Positions 61,907-64,000 of a stretch of 64,000 bases of DNA are shown piece by piece. The position numbers were made by a program, and so were the translations under genes. Where the stretch lies: the NCBI GenBank assembly GCA_907165135.1, contig OU015569.1:6386001-6450000 (forward strand), read 5' to 3'. The DNA comes from Oikopleura dioica (Eukaryota; Animalia; Chordata). The number at the start of each line of letters is the position of its first letter. Position 1 is the first letter of the stretch. The notes beneath the pieces are model-generated. The model saw only the letters and a list, made by a program, of their open reading frames with translations, was not told where the DNA came from and did no database searches.

Positions 61907-62839
61907 ATGGCGGCGAACAAATCACTGCTAGAAACCGTCACCGAAATAAGAAGCATAAACGATCGAGTAAACTACCTCGAAGAACAAGTGCGAAATGACG
62001 AATCACTAAAGCCAAGCCTAGAGCCCTTGATCACAGAAAGCAGAGTAAAATTAGAACAGCTCAGTACAACGCTTCTTACCTGCGAGCTCGATCAAGGAAA
62101 AGACTCTACGAATGCGACAATGAGAGAAGAAGCATGGGTGGCCACTACCTGGTCTCGTCACGTCCAAGACTTGCCGAAGCTGGACGCCGCATGCAACACA
62201 TCTTTCAACACCTTCTTGGGCAGAGCCGACATTTATCACCGCGCCTACGTCCGCGACAGACCTTCACGTGAACAGCCTTTCATCGCAGCAGTGTACAGCC
62301 ACTTCGACTTGAACATCGAACGCTCACTTGGAACCGAATTTCTGAATTGTCAAGACTGGAAATCGGCCAAGGCGCTGCTAGAGAAATCATTCGCCGCGAA
62401 GAGTCACTACTTACTGAAGCTAAGCGAAGTTTTCGACGTCGAATACGACCATTCGAAGCCGTTTGCACACTACACCGCCAACGTCTTGCAAAAGATGAAC
62501 GAGGCGAAGCAAGCGACTTTGAACTCTTACCGACAAGAGAAGTCGGCCGACGCCGGGGTCGATGAAATATTTGACATATTCTCGACGATGATGCTGTACT
62601 TGAATCTTAGGAAAGAAGAACCAGACGTTTTCAACGCAATCCTTCCAAGCCTATCAAAAGTTTACGATATCAACGAACTCTGCCGTCTCGCCCAATCCAC
62701 AAGACAGAATCGAGTTGACAGCGCGACCGTCTCCCAGCACTTCAACAGAAATAAGAACAAAAGAAGAAGAATGCTAAGCGCGCCAGCAACGATTCTAAGG
62801 ATGGGAAAGACGATAAACAACCAGAATCCAAGAAGATAA
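61907..62839 (+). CDS. gag: Retrotransposon Gag-like protein
   Basis: 310-aa intronless ORF between the PBS and the protease, with an N-terminal coiled coil and a basic C-terminus. No CCHC knuckle is visible. Confidence 0.75.
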   Translation: MAANKSLLETVTEIRSINDRVNYLEEQVRNDESLKPSLEPLITESRVKLEQLSTTLLTCELDQGKDSTNATMREEAWVATTWSRHVQDLPKLDAACNTSFNTFLGRADIYHRAYVRDRPSREQPFIAAVYSHFDLNIERSLGTEFLNCQDWKSAKALLEKSFAAKSHYLLKLSEVFDVEYDHSKPFAHYTANVLQKMNEAKQATLNSYRQEKSADAGVDEIFDIFSTMMLYLNLRKEEPDVFNAILPSLSKVYDINELCRLAQSTRQNRVDSATVSQHFNRNKNKRRRMLSAPATILRMGKTINNQNPRR

Positions 62840-64000
62840 ATACGACTAAGAACGTTGAAGATTTCCAACCATTCGACGTTCACTTTTACACAGTGAAGAA
62901 GAAGCGACCAGGAAAGGCTTATTTCGCTTCGGCTACCATCATTACGGGCTCTAAAAGTTTTGACGTATCGATGGAAGTCGACAGCGGAGCCGAGTCCTCC
63001 TGTCTGTCCGCTGCTTACGTTCCCGACGAATTTCTCCAGATGCTGAAGCCCTGTCCCTTCAAGGTCACCGGTTTCAGCCCAAATATTCCCGCCGAGCAGC
63101 CGATGGGTATCCTTCCCTGCCGCTTATCATTCAATGGTGGCCCTGCATTCTCCCTGAATCTCACCATTATGCCAGGCAGTAAATACCCAAGTCTACTGGG
63201 CCGCGATATACTAGAGAATGCGATGACGGACAGCTTCACAGTCGACAATAAGAATCGTACTCTCTCATTTTGCTACAACGAAGCCTTCACACAAACTGAG
63301 ACTCAAGTGGTGAAGCTGGACGGAGTGAAGCGGACCAAAATCAAGAAATACTTGACGACTAGATCAGCGGTCAAAGACAGCGATCGGTCCCGCACTCAAC
63401 CACCACGAGAAGTCCCAAAGCTGGACGCGCCGAACAAGAACGCAGCCAGGTGCCCCATTCAGCTAGCGAAGCAAAAACTCGGAATAACCCTACCAGCAGA
63501 CGCAGACCCGGGGCAAAAGAAGATGGTCGCCGAGCTGTGTTTGGAATTCGACGACAGATTCGGCTGCGACGGTCAAAAATGGGTGAATTCCCGTTCGAGA
63601 TCGAAATCCCGACTGATGGTACGAGTCGAAACATCAGTCAACACCCGATTCCGCAAGCTTTTCATGGTCAGGTCAGCGATCACATCTCCGAACTGCTCGA
63701 AACGAAAATAATAGAAGAGATCAAAGACCAGAAAGGGTTTAACAGCCCGGTATTGCCTATTCCTAAGAAATCTGGGGAAATGCGCTTCTGCATCAACTAC
63801 AAAAACAGCCTGAACAAATGCCTCTCCGACAAATCCGACCCTTACCATCTCCCAAGCATGGAGGATACGATTGCGAACATTGGACCGGGCAATAAGTTTT
63901 CGCCACAGTTGATCTACGAAGTGGATATTGGCAGTGCCCTGTAAAGAAAAGCGACAGGTACAAGACTTCCTTCCAGTGGGGTGGGAAATCTTACGCCTTC
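62755..64000 (+). CDS. pol: Retrotransposon Pol (aspartic protease plus start of RT), frameshifted in this sequence
   Basis: Protease D-S-G motif and SLLGRD flap region, followed by RT motifs. Continuity requires frame changes at 63575-63579 and 63897-63900. Confidence 0.88.

Larger units (their letters stand above)
61139..64000 (+). mobile_element. Ty3/gypsy LTR retrotransposon (Tor-like), 5' part; continues beyond the window
   Basis: Ordered LTR, PBS, 5' leader, gag, protease (VDSGAES) and RT (NSPVLPIPKKSGEMRFCINYK; FATVDLRSGYWQCPV). Confidence 0.93.

Noticed and set aside
1-64000. CRISPR arrays, rRNA, tRNA and bacterial operons or terminators
   Set aside because: No regularly spaced direct repeats or RNA-gene signatures; the sequence is intron-containing eukaryotic DNA.

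Overview
This window is compact eukaryotic genomic DNA, not prokaryotic. Most introns are 30-110 nt, several need GA-AG boundaries, some same-strand genes sit 120-180 bp apart, and the gene set is chordate-like. I infer an appendicularian tunicate such as Oikopleura dioica; the taxon cannot be proven from the window alone. The supplied ORF track breaks genes into exons and uses non-ATG starts, so I spliced gene models by hand. Recognisable genes, in order: FLRT, fructose-bisphosphate aldolase, a crotonase-family enzyme, a very large cingulin/paracingulin-like coiled-coil protein, a degenerate cyclophilin, MEX3, an F-BAR/SH3 protein, an M1 aminopeptidase, an STK17/DRAK kinase, YIPF6, MMS19, an ATP23-like peptidase, an atlastin-like GTPase and the first exon of an ALDH9-like gene. 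There are also several orphan genes, a ~600-bp foldback palindrome, and the 5' part of a Ty3/gypsy LTR retrotransposon that runs off the window end. The main find is a four-exon, 133-aa secreted prohormone-like gene (41613-43226, minus strand) that the ORF track misses. It ends in RR-SGDLLQCHFRPIYCW(R), which has the Cys spacing and residues of allatostatin-C-type peptides. I recognised no rRNA, tRNA or CRISPR array. All homology calls come from remembered motifs; no database searches were run.
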